Source: Candidatus Binatia bacterium (lineage in GTDB: Bacteria; Desulfobacterota; Binatia; UBA1149). From it: a stretch of DNA of 64,000 nt. The notes under the pieces were generated by a model. It ran no database searches, was not told the DNA's origin, and saw nothing but the letters and a program-made list of their open reading frames with translations. How positions within the stretch are numbered: position 1 is the stretch's first letter; each line of letters starts with the position of its first letter. Position numbers and translations under genes: made by a program. The DNA lies in contig JBHHVL010000008.1 of NCBI GenBank assembly GCA_046754245.1, forward strand, positions 2,411 through 66,410, given 5' to 3'. Below are positions 1-10,640 of the stretch, one piece after another.

Positions 1-339
1 GGCGCCTAGTTCGACAACTTTCTCTACGACCAGGTCGATCTTCTTTCCCTTGGCAAGGCAAGGCGCGATCATGAGGTCGAGCGACGACTCGGTGCTCGCC
101 GCGGTTTCGGCGAGCAAGCGCACGACCCCGGTCTCGCCTTGGTATAACTCGAGTACCCCCAGGGCTTCGCGACCGTTACCGTCGAAGACAATGAGTTCGT
201 CGCCGGGCTTGAGCCGCAGCACGTTTCGGACGTGATGGAGACCGGTCCCGATGAGCACGGCACGGTCGGTCGAGAGGTTTTCGTGTTCGACGAAGATGCG
301 AGTCTTCGGTAACTCGGTGGTAGTCGCAGTATTAATCAT
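1..339 (-). CDS. rsmE: 16S rRNA (uracil1498-N3)-methyltransferase RsmE, N-terminal part (gene runs off window start)
   Basis: Minus-strand translation from ATG at 339..337 gives MINTATTTELPKTRIFVEHENL...HHVRNVLRLKPGDELIVFDGNG, the typical RsmE N-terminus. ATGA overlap with the prmA stop. Not in the ORF track because no stop lies inside the window. Confidence 0.6.
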   Translation of the reverse strand, partial: MINTATTTELPKTRIFVEHENLSTDRAVLIGTGLHHVRNVLRLKPGDELIVFDGNGREALGVLELYQGETGVVRLLAETAASTESSLDLMIAPCLAKGKKIDLVVEKVVELGA

Positions 340-1274
340 CTGGCGATCCGATCACGTTGCAGAACCACGGTAGCCCATTCCTTGCCCTCGACCCGATCGA
401 CCAACTCCCACCCAGGTTTGATAAACGCGGCTTCGACAAGAGGCAAGCTCTCGAGGTCGATCCCTGACAGGATCAAGCTCCCCCCTTGCCTGACGCTACG
501 CGTTAGTCGTGGAGCCATTTCAACCAGCGGAGCGGCGAGTATGTTCGCGACGACCAGGTCGTAATCCCCGTCTTCAGCGGTGTTCTGGGGTAGACCATCG
601 GCCAGTAATACATCGATTCGGTCACCCACTCCGTTGATGACGGCGTTGCGGCGGGCGGCATTCACCGCTTCCTCATCATTATCGCTGGCGGTGGCTCTGT
701 GCGCACCCAGCTTCAGGGCGGCGATGGCCAGTATCCCGCTTCCGGTGCCCACGTCCGCGACAGCGGCCCCGGGTAGGAGGTATTTTTCCAGCAGGCCGAG
801 GCAGGCCGAGGTGGTTTCATGATGGCCGGTGCCAAAGGCCATGGCCGGATTGATGACTACGCCGACGAGGCCCCGCGCCGATGAAGGCGTCTCCCAGGGG
901 GGCAGGATCTCGAGCGTCTGGCCGATCCTCAGGCGTGGGAAGTGTGACTTCCAATTCTCCGTCCACAGAGTCGGCTCTATCTCGCCCAGCGTCCCTCGCT
1001 GGGCGATGCCAGCGGGAAGCGTAGCGAACAGCTGGTCAGCGGCTCCATGGGCGCTGTGCTGGTCCGGCGCCTGAAGATAGACGAGCAGTTGGTCTCGGGG
1101 CTCACCCCCGGAGGGGTCTGGCTGTGACCGCACTTGCGAGCCTTCAAAACCGCATTCGTAGAGCAGGGTTGTGAGTAGATCGCTGTCGCTGCTGGCGCAG
1201 AGCAGTTCCAGTTCGAACCACTTGGGTTCACCGGCCATGGGGAACCTCTTCGCCGCGACACGGAGACGAATCAA
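336..1274 (-). CDS. prmA: ribosomal protein L11 methyltransferase PrmA
   Basis: 312 aa. PrmA hallmark NPAMAFGTGHHETT and SAM-binding VADVGTGSGILAIAA. Confidence 0.85.
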   Translation of the reverse strand: MIRLRVAAKRFPMAGEPKWFELELLCASSDSDLLTTLLYECGFEGSQVRSQPDPSGGEPRDQLLVYLQAPDQHSAHGAADQLFATLPAGIAQRGTLGEIEPTLWTENWKSHFPRLRIGQTLEILPPWETPSSARGLVGVVINPAMAFGTGHHETTSACLGLLEKYLLPGAAVADVGTGSGILAIAALKLGAHRATASDNDEEAVNAARRNAVINGVGDRIDVLLADGLPQNTAEDGDYDLVVANILAAPLVEMAPRLTRSVRQGGSLILSGIDLESLPLVEAAFIKPGWELVDRVEGKEWATVVLQRDRIAR

Positions 1275-1324
1275 GTAGAGCTTTGATGTTTGGGCTTGGA
1301 CTGCCCAGCTGCTAGCGTTCGCAC

Positions 1325-2062
1325 ATGGGCGGGAGCGTTATGGTACTGGGGCACAGGGGCGCCTCGGGTACCCACCCGGAGAACACCTTGGTCTCTTTTC
1401 GCGTGGCAGTAGAGGCCGGAGCCGATGGTTTCGAGTTCGACGTCCAGCTGAGCCGCGATGGCGTTCCCGTCGTGATTCACGACGATGTTCTCGAACGCAC
1501 CACCGACGGTACTGGCTGCGTCGCCGACCGCGACGCAGACTACCTTGGCGGTCTCGACGCGGGCTCTTGGCGGGGGGATGAGTTCGCGACGGCGAGGCTG
1601 CCGCTGCTCGATGAAGTGCTGGCCGAGTTCAGCGGCCGTTGCGTCATGAACCTCGAACTCAAACCCGACTCGAGGCGCCAAGAGCTCGTGCGCAGCGTAC
1701 TCGAGAGCGCACGACGCTTCCAGGCCTTCGACTCTGTCGTGTTCTCCTCCTTCGATTTTCAGTCCTTGCGCGTCTTGCGTGCCGAGGCTCCGCGGGCTCG
1801 TATCGGTGTGCTGTGCAAGCCGGGGGAGGAACCGGCAGCGCTGGGCTTTGCCCGAGAATGCGGGGCCTGCAATCTCCATCCCCATGTTTCGGTGGTGAAC
1901 GCGGAACTTCTCCGTGACTGTGCTGAAGCGGGCCTAGGGCTGTGGACCTGGAACGCCAATGACAAGGAGGAGGCTACACGCCTCTTCGGCCTGGGCGTCG
2001 ACGCGGTGTTCTCGGATTTCCCCGAGCGGGTAGTAGGCTGGAGAAAGACCAGCGCCGACTGA
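1325..2062 (+). CDS. glycerophosphodiester phosphodiesterase (GDPD family)
   Basis: VLGHRGASGTHPENT...EFDVQLSRDGVPVVIHD is a GDPD signature. The start may instead be the ATG at 1340 (MVLGHRG). Confidence 0.8.
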   Translation: MGGSVMVLGHRGASGTHPENTLVSFRVAVEAGADGFEFDVQLSRDGVPVVIHDDVLERTTDGTGCVADRDADYLGGLDAGSWRGDEFATARLPLLDEVLAEFSGRCVMNLELKPDSRRQELVRSVLESARRFQAFDSVVFSSFDFQSLRVLRAEAPRARIGVLCKPGEEPAALGFARECGACNLHPHVSVVNAELLRDCAEAGLGLWTWNANDKEEATRLFGLGVDAVFSDFPERVVGWRKTSAD

Positions 2063-2069
2063 AGGAGGG

Positions 2070-4808
2070 TCAGTTCTCTTGGGGCGGCCCGACTACCACC
2101 TGCGACCAGGTCGACTCTGCCAGGTATTTTCGCGCGACACGTTGCACGTCTTCCACGGTTACCGAGCTGATCAGGTCAGCGTAGCGCTGGCCGTAGAGGA
2201 ATCCCAAACCGTATAGCTCGTTGAAGAGCATCTCGGTGCACATAGCGGCGTTGGTTTGCAGGCCGATCTCGTGGCTGCCGAGCAGGTACCGTTTGGCCCT
2301 GGCGAGCTCGTCGTCGCTGACCTGGGCGCTTCGCACCTTTTCAAACTCAGCGAGCAGTCCCTTCACGGCCCGATCTTCGTTGTCCGGGTCTGTTGCGATG
2401 TAGGCGCCGAACAGTCCCGGTGCTAGCCCCTCATTGCTGAAAGCCGTTACGCTGTAGGCGAGCCCCTTGCGATCACGGAGTTCGTAGAACAGGCGACCGC
2501 CCTGGCGCGACAGGATCGTTTCCAGCACGGACAGCGGGTAGCGATCCGGGTTCTTGATGTCTACGCCCTGCCAGGCAACGACGATGTGAGACTGGTGGCG
2601 TGCCGATTCCTTGCGCTCGTGTCGGGGGCCGGTCGGGACGGCCGCCGGACTCGGCAGAGCAAACCCGCCTTTTTCCGGCGCGAGGGCCGAAAGGGCGTCG
2701 GAGAGCATCTTCACGACGCTGCGGGAGTCGACGTCGCCGACCACGGATACCACCAGCCTTCGTGGGTCCAGCGCCGAGCGGTAGAAAGCCATGAGGTCAT
2801 CACGGTCGAGAGACGACACACTGTCGAGTTCTCCCTGCACCGCCATGCCGTAGGGATGGTCGGGGAAGACGGTCTTATAGGCGAGTTCGAAGGCGCGATG
2901 ACTCGATTCATCCTCGCGGTTGGCAATCGCGAGCAGCAACTCGCGCCTGGTTTTCTCGAGTTCCTTCTCATCGAACGAGGGGTTGAGCAGTACCTCGAGC
3001 AGGAGTTCCAAGGACTCCTCGAAGTGTGCAGTCAGAAAAGACCCGGAGATTCCCAGCGAGTTGCGGCCCGAGAATCCGGAGAGGTCGCTCGCGAGTGACT
3101 CTATGCGCGTGGACAGTTCCTCACGGGAATATCTGGCTGTGCCGCGAGTAAGCATCTCCGCTACGAAACTCGATACTCCGTTGTTGTCCGGCGTTTCCGC
3201 GAGCAGACCGCCAATCATCCCCACGCGAACGGAAAATAACGGTGCGTCGTGGTGCTCTTGAACGACGATGCGCACGCCGTTGTCGAGTGTGACGAGTTCG
3301 GCTGGGCCCGATCCGGTACGCGCCACGGGTGGTCGCGCGGTCTTCTCGGCTCGCGCGGCACGCTCCTCTGATTTGCTCGCGCTGGCCTCCCGGCCCGCGT
3401 CAAGAGCCGTCGCCGCGGCTTCCACATCGGTTCGACTGAGCTGGGATGGCGAATCGTTGGGCAGCAGACTCACGACCGTAAGGTTGTTTCGGTCGAAGTA
3501 ACGTAGGGCCGCCTGCTGAACTTCCTCCAGCGTAATGGCGTCGAGGCGTTGCAGGTAGCGGCGATCATACTCGAGGTCATTGTGCACGGTGAGCAGGTAG
3601 CCTATTTCGCGCGCCTGCCCCTGAACAGTCTGACGGCGGTATATGAAATCCGCTTTGAGGTTATGACGGGCGCGCTTGAGCTCTTCGGCGGTCAACGGAC
3701 GAGCACGCAGTTCAGCAGTTTCATCGAGTATGCCTTCGAGCGTCCCCAACAGCTTCTCGTCCTCCAGAGAGGCGGTGATTACGAACAAGCCGGGATCGAC
3801 GGGAGTATACGCGAATGCGCTGACGCTATTCGCGAGCTCGGCCTCTGCCACCAAGCGACGGTAGAGCCGTGAGCCCTCTCCGCCGCCGAGAACGAACGAG
3901 ACCATGTCGAGCAGGGGGGCGTCGTCGTGATTGGCGTCGGGGATGTGGAAGGCCACCGCGAGGTGCGACTCTTTTACGTCCATGCGCAGAGACTCGTAAC
4001 GCAGTTCGTCCTGTGGGTCTTCACTGGGCCTGACCGGCTTTTCGATCTTTCGCGACTCGAAGCCATCGAACTCTTCGTGGATCTGCGCTTTCACGCGCTC
4101 GGTATCCACGTCGCCGACTATGATCAGAGCCATGTTGTTGGGCGCATAGAATCGCGAAAAAAAGTCCAGCACCTTTTCACGGGTCAGGTGGGTGATCGAC
4201 TGCTCGGTGCCTATGACCGGGCGGCGGTACGGGTGTTTTTCAAACGCGGTTGCGAACAGGGTGTGGAAGAGGCGGGTCCCGGGCATGTCCTGACCGCGTT
4301 TGTACTCTTCCATCACGACACCGAGTTCCTTGTTCAACTCGTTGGGGTCGAACGAGGAATGCTGCACGGCGTCAGCCAGTATGTCGAGACCCTGCTCCGC
4401 GTAACGCGATGCCAGTACGATGTGGTAGACGGTTTGGTCCCAGGAGGTCCACGCGTTGATTCTTCCCCCTGCCGATTCCACCTCCCCGGCGATTTCCCCC
4501 ACGCCGCGGCGCGCGGTGCCCTTGAAGAGCATGTGCTCGTGGACGTGGGCGACCCCGGCTTCGGCGTCCGACTCGTCGGTGCTGCCGGCCTTCACCCATA
4601 CTTGCATGGCGACAACGGGAGCGAAGTGGTCTTCGCGAATCAGGACTTCCATACCGTTGTCGGTTGAAAATACAGTGGTGGCTTCGTGTTCGACGCTCTG
4701 CGGCGTAGGTTGCTCTTTCATCTTTTGGCACCCACCTGTAACGCCGACAGCCGCCAGCGTAGTAACGGTAAATACGACCAAGGCAAGACTGTGTTTGAAA
4801 AGGATCAT
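2070..4808 (-). CDS. PqqL-like two-module M16 family zinc peptidase (insulinase family), secreted or lipoprotein
   Basis: HxxEH zinc motif HVHEHMLFKGT. About 910 aa with two M16 active/inactive domain pairs. N-terminus MILFKHSLALVVFTVTTLAAVGVTGGC is signal-peptide or lipobox-like. The ORF track starts 16 codons earlier at 4856 and I chose the Met preceding the signal peptide. Confidence 0.8.
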   Translation of the reverse strand: MILFKHSLALVVFTVTTLAAVGVTGGCQKMKEQPTPQSVEHEATTVFSTDNGMEVLIREDHFAPVVAMQVWVKAGSTDESDAEAGVAHVHEHMLFKGTARRGVGEIAGEVESAGGRINAWTSWDQTVYHIVLASRYAEQGLDILADAVQHSSFDPNELNKELGVVMEEYKRGQDMPGTRLFHTLFATAFEKHPYRRPVIGTEQSITHLTREKVLDFFSRFYAPNNMALIIVGDVDTERVKAQIHEEFDGFESRKIEKPVRPSEDPQDELRYESLRMDVKESHLAVAFHIPDANHDDAPLLDMVSFVLGGGEGSRLYRRLVAEAELANSVSAFAYTPVDPGLFVITASLEDEKLLGTLEGILDETAELRARPLTAEELKRARHNLKADFIYRRQTVQGQAREIGYLLTVHNDLEYDRRYLQRLDAITLEEVQQAALRYFDRNNLTVVSLLPNDSPSQLSRTDVEAAATALDAGREASASKSEERAARAEKTARPPVARTGSGPAELVTLDNGVRIVVQEHHDAPLFSVRVGMIGGLLAETPDNNGVSSFVAEMLTRGTARYSREELSTRIESLASDLSGFSGRNSLGISGSFLTAHFEESLELLLEVLLNPSFDEKELEKTRRELLLAIANREDESSHRAFELAYKTVFPDHPYGMAVQGELDSVSSLDRDDLMAFYRSALDPRRLVVSVVGDVDSRSVVKMLSDALSALAPEKGGFALPSPAAVPTGPRHERKESARHQSHIVVAWQGVDIKNPDRYPLSVLETILSRQGGRLFYELRDRKGLAYSVTAFSNEGLAPGLFGAYIATDPDNEDRAVKGLLAEFEKVRSAQVSDDELARAKRYLLGSHEIGLQTNAAMCTEMLFNELYGLGFLYGQRYADLISSVTVEDVQRVARKYLAESTWSQVVVGPPQEN

Positions 4809-5018
4809 ATGGTGCGGAAAGCAGACCCCGATTCCACGTGCGGCACAAGGAGTCAACTCGTGCTAGTATTTTTCTTTAGTCGTCACCGCGGCTTCTGGCT
4901 CGGGGTAGCTGGCCGGGCGCGCAACCCGGGCTGTTCCTCATCATCCCCTGGCTAGGGTAATCGGTGACCTACCGAGCGGAACTCCGGGAACACCCCGGGG
5001 ATCTGCGGGAGGGGCGGA

Positions 5019-5585
5019 ATGAACGTTGTTGATGTTGGGTTGATCCTTCTCCTGTTTTTCTCGGCGCTGAGGGGCTATTCGAGAGGCTTTTTCCATGAAA
5101 TGCTGTCGTTGATTTCGATCGTCGTGGGTTGCGCGGCAGCGTTCCACTGGGCACCCGCGATCGCCGACGCGATCGCGCTCAGGGCCTCGATGCCATATTT
5201 CTTGACCATCAGTCTGGCTTTCTTGACGGTGTTTTTCCCGATAATGTTTGCAACGCGTCTGGGAAATACCATGATAGAACGCCTGTGGCCGTCCATCGGA
5301 GGCCTGCGCCAGAACCGCACCGCGGGCCTGTGGTTCGGGACCGCCAAGGGCGCAGTGCTGCTCGGTTGTACGGTTCTGCTTCTACGGAGTTCGGTCCCGG
5401 TGAATGAGACTCAGGAGGCGTTTGCGGGCAAGTTCGCGGGCGTCGCCCAGGAGTTGCGGATACGTATGCAGGAATCGTTCGTTGCCGACTACCTGGCCAG
5501 GATGACGCTGGGCGTTTTTTCAGTGGCAATGGATAAGGGAGGAGAGTATTTTCTCGCTGCCGAGAACTTTGACCACCACCGGTGA
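5019..5585 (+). CDS. cvpA: CvpA family membrane protein (colicin V production protein-like)
   Basis: 188 aa, multi-TM. N-terminus MNVVDVGLILLLFFSALRGYSRGF is typical of CvpA. GGGAGGGG RBS upstream. Confidence 0.7.
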   Translation: MNVVDVGLILLLFFSALRGYSRGFFHEMLSLISIVVGCAAAFHWAPAIADAIALRASMPYFLTISLAFLTVFFPIMFATRLGNTMIERLWPSIGGLRQNRTAGLWFGTAKGAVLLGCTVLLLRSSVPVNETQEAFAGKFAGVAQELRIRMQESFVADYLARMTLGVFSVAMDKGGEYFLAAENFDHHR

Positions 5586-7318
5586 TCGCTGAGGACAAAA
5601 TATCTGAAATAAAGGAGGCTGCGCGGATCTCCGATTTTGTATCTCCCTTCGTGGAGCTCAAGCGCAGCGGGCGCTCGGTCAAAGGCCTGTGTCCTTTTCA
5701 TAGCGAAAAGACTCCGTCTTTTTCTGTCAACGACGAAAACGGATTTTACCACTGCTTCGGCTGTGGCGCGGGTGGTAACGTCTTCAAGTTCCTCATGGAG
5801 GTCGAGAACCTCACTTTCCCCGAGGCCGTGCGGAAGGTCGCCGAACGTTACGGTATCGAAGTTCCCGATGAGCAGGGCAAGGAATCCGGCGCCGGTAGGC
5901 GCGACGGTCTGTTCAAAACCGTCGCGGCTGCCGCACGCTACTATCGCCGTGTTCTGTTGGAAACCCCCGCGGGCAAACCCTATCTCGAATATCTCGAGGC
6001 GCGGGGTATCTCGGCCGAGGCGAGAGAGACCTTCCTTCTCGGTGCGGCGCCGGCTTCGGGCGATGGGCTGGCGCGCTGGTTTGCCAAAGAACACCTCGAT
6101 CCTCGCGTGGGACACGCCCTTGGGTTACTGGTCGGAACTCCGTCGAGGTTGACCGACCGTTTCCGGTCACGCCTGATTTTCCCCATACGCGATGGCCAGG
6201 GGCGCGTCGTCGGCCTGGCGGGTAGACGGCTCGGTGAGGACGGCGAAGGGCCCAAGTACCTGAACTCCCCGGAATCCGAAATCTACAGCAAGGGGCGGCT
6301 TCTCTACGGTTTGTTCGAGGCTCGTGATGCGCTCCGCAGCGCTGACTACGTGGTACTGGTCGAGGGCTACACCGACGTGATCGCTCTGCACCAAGCTGGA
6401 CTGTGCAACGTTGTTGCCACCTGTGGCACGGCGCTCAGTGCGGAGCAGGTGCGCTTGCTGAAACGTTACAGCGGTGATGTGGTCACCCTTTTCGATGGAG
6501 ACGCCGCTGGGCTGCAGGCCGCGGCTCGAAGCTTCAGGGTCTGTCTCGAAGCCGGGGTGTGGGCGCGCGGAACGGCCCTGCCGTCTGGCGAAGATCCGGA
6601 CAGTTTCGTACGTGCCAAGGGAATCGACTTGCTGCGAACCCTGCTCTCGGAGGCCCGTCCTCTGGCGGACGCCTACCTCAAGGCCCTGGTTGGGGATCGC
6701 GGTTCCGACTCGACGGCGGTAGCGAGGGCCGGCGCGGAACTGGCGGCGTTGCTGAAAAAAGTCAAGGATCCCTTCGAGTACGATCTTCTGGTACGTAAGG
6801 CTTCGATGTGGACCGAGATCAGCGAAAAGACGCTGCGTGCTCAGGGGCGTGGGGAGAGCCGACCGGGTGGAGGGACTGCGGTGCGGAGAGGCGGCGGTGC
6901 CGCTGGCCCCGAGGAGCTTCTCGTGTCGGTGATGTTGAGTTCCGAGAGCGCCACGGCGCGGGTCGTCGAGAGCGGAGCGCTGGGTTTCATGGGTGAAGGC
7001 CCGTGGAAGGAAATCGCGTTGGATCTCGCCGCCAACCAGCGCAAGCAGCTCAGCGCGGACGTGGCGGAAATGCTTTCTCGCCTCGGAGGGGGGGACAGCG
7101 CCCGTCTCGCCGCCCGCCTCAACGACGGTGTTTTTGACGATCCCGTGGTGCGCGACCAAACCATCGATGACTGCGTTATGGTTCTCGAACGGAGAGCGCA
7201 GCGGCGCCAAAACCTCGAGCGTCTGTTGCGGTTGAAGAAGGATGAAGAACTCGGAGTCGATGTTGCCGACAGGGGTGGACTCGGCGACTGGAAACCGAGT
7301 AAAAGAAGTAGTGCCTGA
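5582..7318 (+). CDS. dnaG: DNA primase DnaG
   Basis: CHC2 zinc finger [40 protein letters not shown] region (EGYTDVIAL...DGDAAG). GTG start overlapping the cvpA stop (GTGA). Confidence 0.9.
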   Translation: MIAEDKISEIKEAARISDFVSPFVELKRSGRSVKGLCPFHSEKTPSFSVNDENGFYHCFGCGAGGNVFKFLMEVENLTFPEAVRKVAERYGIEVPDEQGKESGAGRRDGLFKTVAAAARYYRRVLLETPAGKPYLEYLEARGISAEARETFLLGAAPASGDGLARWFAKEHLDPRVGHALGLLVGTPSRLTDRFRSRLIFPIRDGQGRVVGLAGRRLGEDGEGPKYLNSPESEIYSKGRLLYGLFEARDALRSADYVVLVEGYTDVIALHQAGLCNVVATCGTALSAEQVRLLKRYSGDVVTLFDGDAAGLQAAARSFRVCLEAGVWARGTALPSGEDPDSFVRAKGIDLLRTLLSEARPLADAYLKALVGDRGSDSTAVARAGAELAALLKKVKDPFEYDLLVRKASMWTEISEKTLRAQGRGESRPGGGTAVRRGGGAAGPEELLVSVMLSSESATARVVESGALGFMGEGPWKEIALDLAANQRKQLSADVAEMLSRLGGGDSARLAARLNDGVFDDPVVRDQTIDDCVMVLERRAQRRQNLERLLRLKKDEELGVDVADRGGLGDWKPSKRSSA

Positions 7319-9365
7319 TCAGAAAAAAGCCGGTCGCGGCGATGGCGGCGCTGATGAGACTCCCGAATCGAAGGGAGCCGGGGTAGCGGCCCTCGTAAAG
7401 CTTGGCAAGAAGAAGGGCTTCGTTACCTACGATGAAGTCAACGACGTTCTCGACGAGGACGTTGCTGACCACGACGCGATCGAGGGAATCGAGGGGCTTC
7501 TCGATGCGTTGCGCGAAGGCGGCGTAGAACTCGTAGAGGACGCCGAATCGTACACCCCGCCAGCGAACGAAGCCCCTGCTCGGGGCCGGCGGACGGCACG
7601 GCGGACCTCGGAAAAGCAAGAAAAGTCGCGCGAAGAGAGCGGGGCGGATTACGTCCGCATGTACATGCGTGACATGAGCAACATTCGGTTGCTCTCGCGC
7701 GAGGGTGAGATCGAAATCGCCAAGCGCATCGAGAAGGCGCTCGAGGGCGTTTTCTGCTTGATTTTCAGTTCTCCCTTTGGACGGCGCCACGTCAAGGCGC
7801 TGGCCGAGTTGGTCCGGGAGGGCGAGGTACGGGCACGCTCGGTGATGAAACTGGCCGAACCGGAGCCAGACCCGGATCCTATCGTGGACGGCGCGATTTC
7901 CGCTCTCAACGATGCGCCCGTTGTCTCGGGGGAGGATGAGGGTGAGGTCACCGGGGACGGCTCCACCGAGGTGGAAGGCGTCAAGGCGGGGGTCGGTGTG
8001 GCGGTCGAGGGCGATGCCGTCGCCGGGGCCGACGAAGAGACGATCGCCGATGAGCCGGAAGCGGCGGACAGTGCTTTGTTCCAGGGGGAAGAGGGCGACG
8101 TCCCGACCGTTCGCACCACGGCTGAGGACGAGACCGTCCTCATGCGAGACCTTTCGAAGAAACTCAACCGGCTGGAGAAGGTCGTCGTCCAGATCGAAGA
8201 GATGATCGCGTTGGCCCAGCTCTCCGAAGACGAGGAGGAGCGCGAGCGCGCTGGCAAGGCCGTGAATCGGCTCAACACCAGGCTGCTCAAGGGCCTGAAG
8301 GAAGTGCCGCTTCACCCGCGGCAAGTCGAAGCGGCGGTTGCCGAGATGCGACGCACTCATTCTCGGCTGCGCAGACGCTTCCGCGCGGTGAGTCGGGTGG
8401 AAAGCAAGACCGGCCGGAGCGCCGACGAGGTCCTGGAACTCGCTGCTCGCCTCGGCGAAGACCTCACCATGGACCAGCGAATTTGCGGCACGCTGAGGAT
8501 GAACGTCGACGGAATACGGCGGGTTTCGCAAAACGTCATCAAGGCGCGTCGAGAATGCGACGAGATCCTGGCCGCTGCAGGGATCGGTTGGGAACAGCTC
8601 TCGGAGTTGTCGTCGGTCATAGCGACCGAGGTCGCCGCGGCGGACGAGGCGAAGAAGGAGTTGATCGAAGCCAACCTACGTCTCGTGGTTTCGATCGCCA
8701 AGCGTTACAACAACCGCGGCCTCCAGTTCCTCGATCTCATTCAGGAGGGCAACATCGGCTTGATGAAGGCGGTCGACAAGTTCGATTACAAACGGGGATA
8801 CAAATTCTCGACTTACGCCACCTGGTGGATACGCCAGTCGATTACACGTGCCATTGCGGATCAGGCGCGGACCATACGAATCCCGGTTCACATGATCGAG
8901 TCGATCAACAAACTGATCCGGGCGAAGCGGCAGTACGTGAACCTTCGCGGGCGGGAGCCATCGCCCGAAGAACTCGCCGAAATGGTGGAACTGCCGGTAG
9001 ACCGGGTCCGGAAGGTGCTCAAGATAGCCAGAGAGCCTATTTCGCTGGAGACACCGATAGGTGACGAGGAAGAGAGTAACCTGAGCGATTTCATTGAAGA
9101 TCGGCGAGCGGTAGCGCCCGCGGATGCTGTCGTTAACAAGAACCTGCAGAGTCACACCCGCAAGGTACTGGCCTCGCTTACGCCCCGAGAAGAGCAGGTG
9201 TTGCGGCTGCGATTTGGAATTGGCGAGAAAACGGACCATACCTTAGAAGAGGTGGGCGGCCGGTTTTCCGTCACCCGCGAGCGAATACGACAGATTGAGG
9301 CCAAGGCGCTCCGCAAGCTTAGGCTTCCCAGCCGTAGCAGGAAGCTCAAGGGGTTCGTTGGCTGA
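7242..9365 (+). CDS. rpoD: RNA polymerase sigma-70 factor RpoD
   Basis: Region 1.1 ([12 protein letters not shown]), region 2 ([35 protein letters not shown]), region 4 present. Start is ambiguous: ATG 7242 overlaps dnaG by 77 nt, and the in-frame GTG at 7311 is an alternative. Confidence 0.9.
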   Translation: MKNSESMLPTGVDSATGNRVKEVVPDQKKAGRGDGGADETPESKGAGVAALVKLGKKKGFVTYDEVNDVLDEDVADHDAIEGIEGLLDALREGGVELVEDAESYTPPANEAPARGRRTARRTSEKQEKSREESGADYVRMYMRDMSNIRLLSREGEIEIAKRIEKALEGVFCLIFSSPFGRRHVKALAELVREGEVRARSVMKLAEPEPDPDPIVDGAISALNDAPVVSGEDEGEVTGDGSTEVEGVKAGVGVAVEGDAVAGADEETIADEPEAADSALFQGEEGDVPTVRTTAEDETVLMRDLSKKLNRLEKVVVQIEEMIALAQLSEDEEERERAGKAVNRLNTRLLKGLKEVPLHPRQVEAAVAEMRRTHSRLRRRFRAVSRVESKTGRSADEVLELAARLGEDLTMDQRICGTLRMNVDGIRRVSQNVIKARRECDEILAAAGIGWEQLSELSSVIATEVAAADEAKKELIEANLRLVVSIAKRYNNRGLQFLDLIQEGNIGLMKAVDKFDYKRGYKFSTYATWWIRQSITRAIADQARTIRIPVHMIESINKLIRAKRQYVNLRGREPSPEELAEMVELPVDRVRKVLKIAREPISLETPIGDEEESNLSDFIEDRRAVAPADAVVNKNLQSHTRKVLASLTPREEQVLRLRFGIGEKTDHTLEEVGGRFSVTRERIRQIEAKALRKLRLPSRSRKLKGFVG

Positions 9366-9381
9366 GTGACCACCGGTTTTG

Positions 9382-9455
9382 GGGCCCATAGCTCAGTTGG
9401 TTAGAGCAGTGGACTCATAATCCATTGGTCCCAGGTTCGAGTCCTGGTGGGCCCA
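9382..9455 (+). tRNA. tRNA with CAU anticodon, elongator type; most likely tRNA-Ile2 (lysidine) rather than tRNA-Met
   Basis: Cloverleaf folds by eye: acceptor GGGCCCA/UGGGCCC, D-arm GCUCAGUUGGUUAGAGC, anticodon loop CU-CAU-AA, T-arm CCAGGUUCGAGUCCUGG. G1:C72 excludes initiator. C4:G69 and C5:G68 match the TilS determinants of E. coli tRNA-Ile2. Position directly downstream of rpoD as for ileX in E. coli. No encoded CCA. Confidence 0.85.
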
Positions 9456-9498
9456 CATATGATTAATCTTACGTACTGGATGAGAATCACGACAAATA

Positions 9499-10212
9499 TT
9501 GGCTTCGGACCTCGATAAACTCTACCAGCTCCAGGTTGTAGACCGGCGCTTGCTCGAGAAGCAACGCCGAGTAGACCGTTACGAAAGCGAACTCGCCGAA
9601 CGACGACTGGCGATATCTCGTTGCGCCGCGACCGAGGAAGCGCTCTCGGCTGAGCGCAAGGATCTCGTCAACCGGCGGGCGTTCGTCGAACGCGAAATCT
9701 CCGACCGACAAGCGCTGCTTCGAGAACGGCGTCAACGCGTTAACCACGTTCGCACCGAGAAGGAACTTCGTGCCGCTGAACTCGAGGTCAAGGAGCTTTC
9801 CCAGGAGATAGACGGGAAGGAAGAGGAGCTTCTCGACCTCATGATGAAGGTCGACGATGTCGAAAGCCGTATCGAAGCCGTACGGCGAGAACAGGCCGAC
9901 CTCGCCGAAGCCGACCACCGTTTGGTAAGCGAAGCGGCCGAGGTAATCGAGGCGCTGAAGAAGGAACTCGAAACGGAGCGCGTCTCGCGAGACGACACGG
10001 CGTCGGGTCTGGACGCGACCGTCCGCAAACGATACGAGAACGTTCTCAAGCGTCGAGGCGGCATCGCCGTCGTCGAGGTCCGTAACGGAACCTGCGCAGG
10101 GTGCCACATGCGGGTACCGCCTCAGGACCTCATAGAAGTGCTGCGTAACCGGGCGGTGAAGATTTGCCCGAGTTGCCAGCGCATCCTCTACCTGAGCACG
10201 GCCGGGGAATAG
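9499..10212 (+). CDS. DUF164/COG1579 zinc-ribbon domain protein (coiled coil + C4 zinc ribbon)
   Basis: 237 aa. Long coiled-coil region, C-terminal CAGCHMRV...CPSCQRILY zinc ribbon. TTG start per ORF track. Confidence 0.7.
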   Translation: MASDLDKLYQLQVVDRRLLEKQRRVDRYESELAERRLAISRCAATEEALSAERKDLVNRRAFVEREISDRQALLRERRQRVNHVRTEKELRAAELEVKELSQEIDGKEEELLDLMMKVDDVESRIEAVRREQADLAEADHRLVSEAAEVIEALKKELETERVSRDDTASGLDATVRKRYENVLKRRGGIAVVEVRNGTCAGCHMRVPPQDLIEVLRNRAVKICPSCQRILYLSTAGE

Positions 10213-10250
10213 ACCTGGACTCCAGCGGGTGCTTCGTAGTAAGTATCTGG

Positions 10251-10640
10251 GTGCAGGAACTCGAGCCGGTCGGGCAGTCGCTCGTGCCATGGGCACGGGA
10301 GGAAAGTCCGGACTCCTAAGGGCAGGGTGGCCGCTAACGGCGGCCCGCCGTGAGGCGGGGAAAGTGCAACAGAAAGTATACCGCCCCGCTCCGTTGGAGC
10401 GGGGTAAGGGTGAAACGGCGAGGTAAGAGCTCACCAGGCCTGCCGGTGACGGTGGGTGCTTTGTAAACCCCACCCGGAGCAAGACCAAATAGAGGGGCGG
10501 ACGGCCCGTCCGATGCCCCCGGGTTTAGGTCGCACGAGCCAGCGGGCAACCGTTGGCCCAGATGAATGGCTGCCGCGGTCCCGCCCCATCGGGTGTGGAC
10601 CGGACAGAATCCGGCTTATAGACCGGCTCGGTTTCTGCAA
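10251..10640 (+). ncRNA. rnpB: RNase P RNA, bacterial type A (rnpB)
   Basis: Conserved blocks read directly: GGAGGAAAGUCCGGACUCC (P4 5' strand), AGGGCAGGGUGGCCGCUAACGGC, GGGUAAGGGUGAAACGGCG-GUAAGAGCUCACCAG, CCCACCCGGAGCAAGACCAAAUAGAGGGG, ACAGAAUCCGGCUUAUA (P4 3' strand). P1 pairing 10253-10271 with 10621-10638. Ends are approximate (+/-5 nt). Confidence 0.85.

Noticed and set aside
6167-8531. Long minus-strand ORFs (6167..7210, 347 aa; 7176..8531, 451 aa; 7649..8290) antisense to dnaG/rpoD
   Set aside because: Low-complexity Arg/Pro/Ala/Ser-rich translations typical of the antisense frame in high-GC DNA. They fully overlap well-supported genes with strong motifs. No domain signatures.
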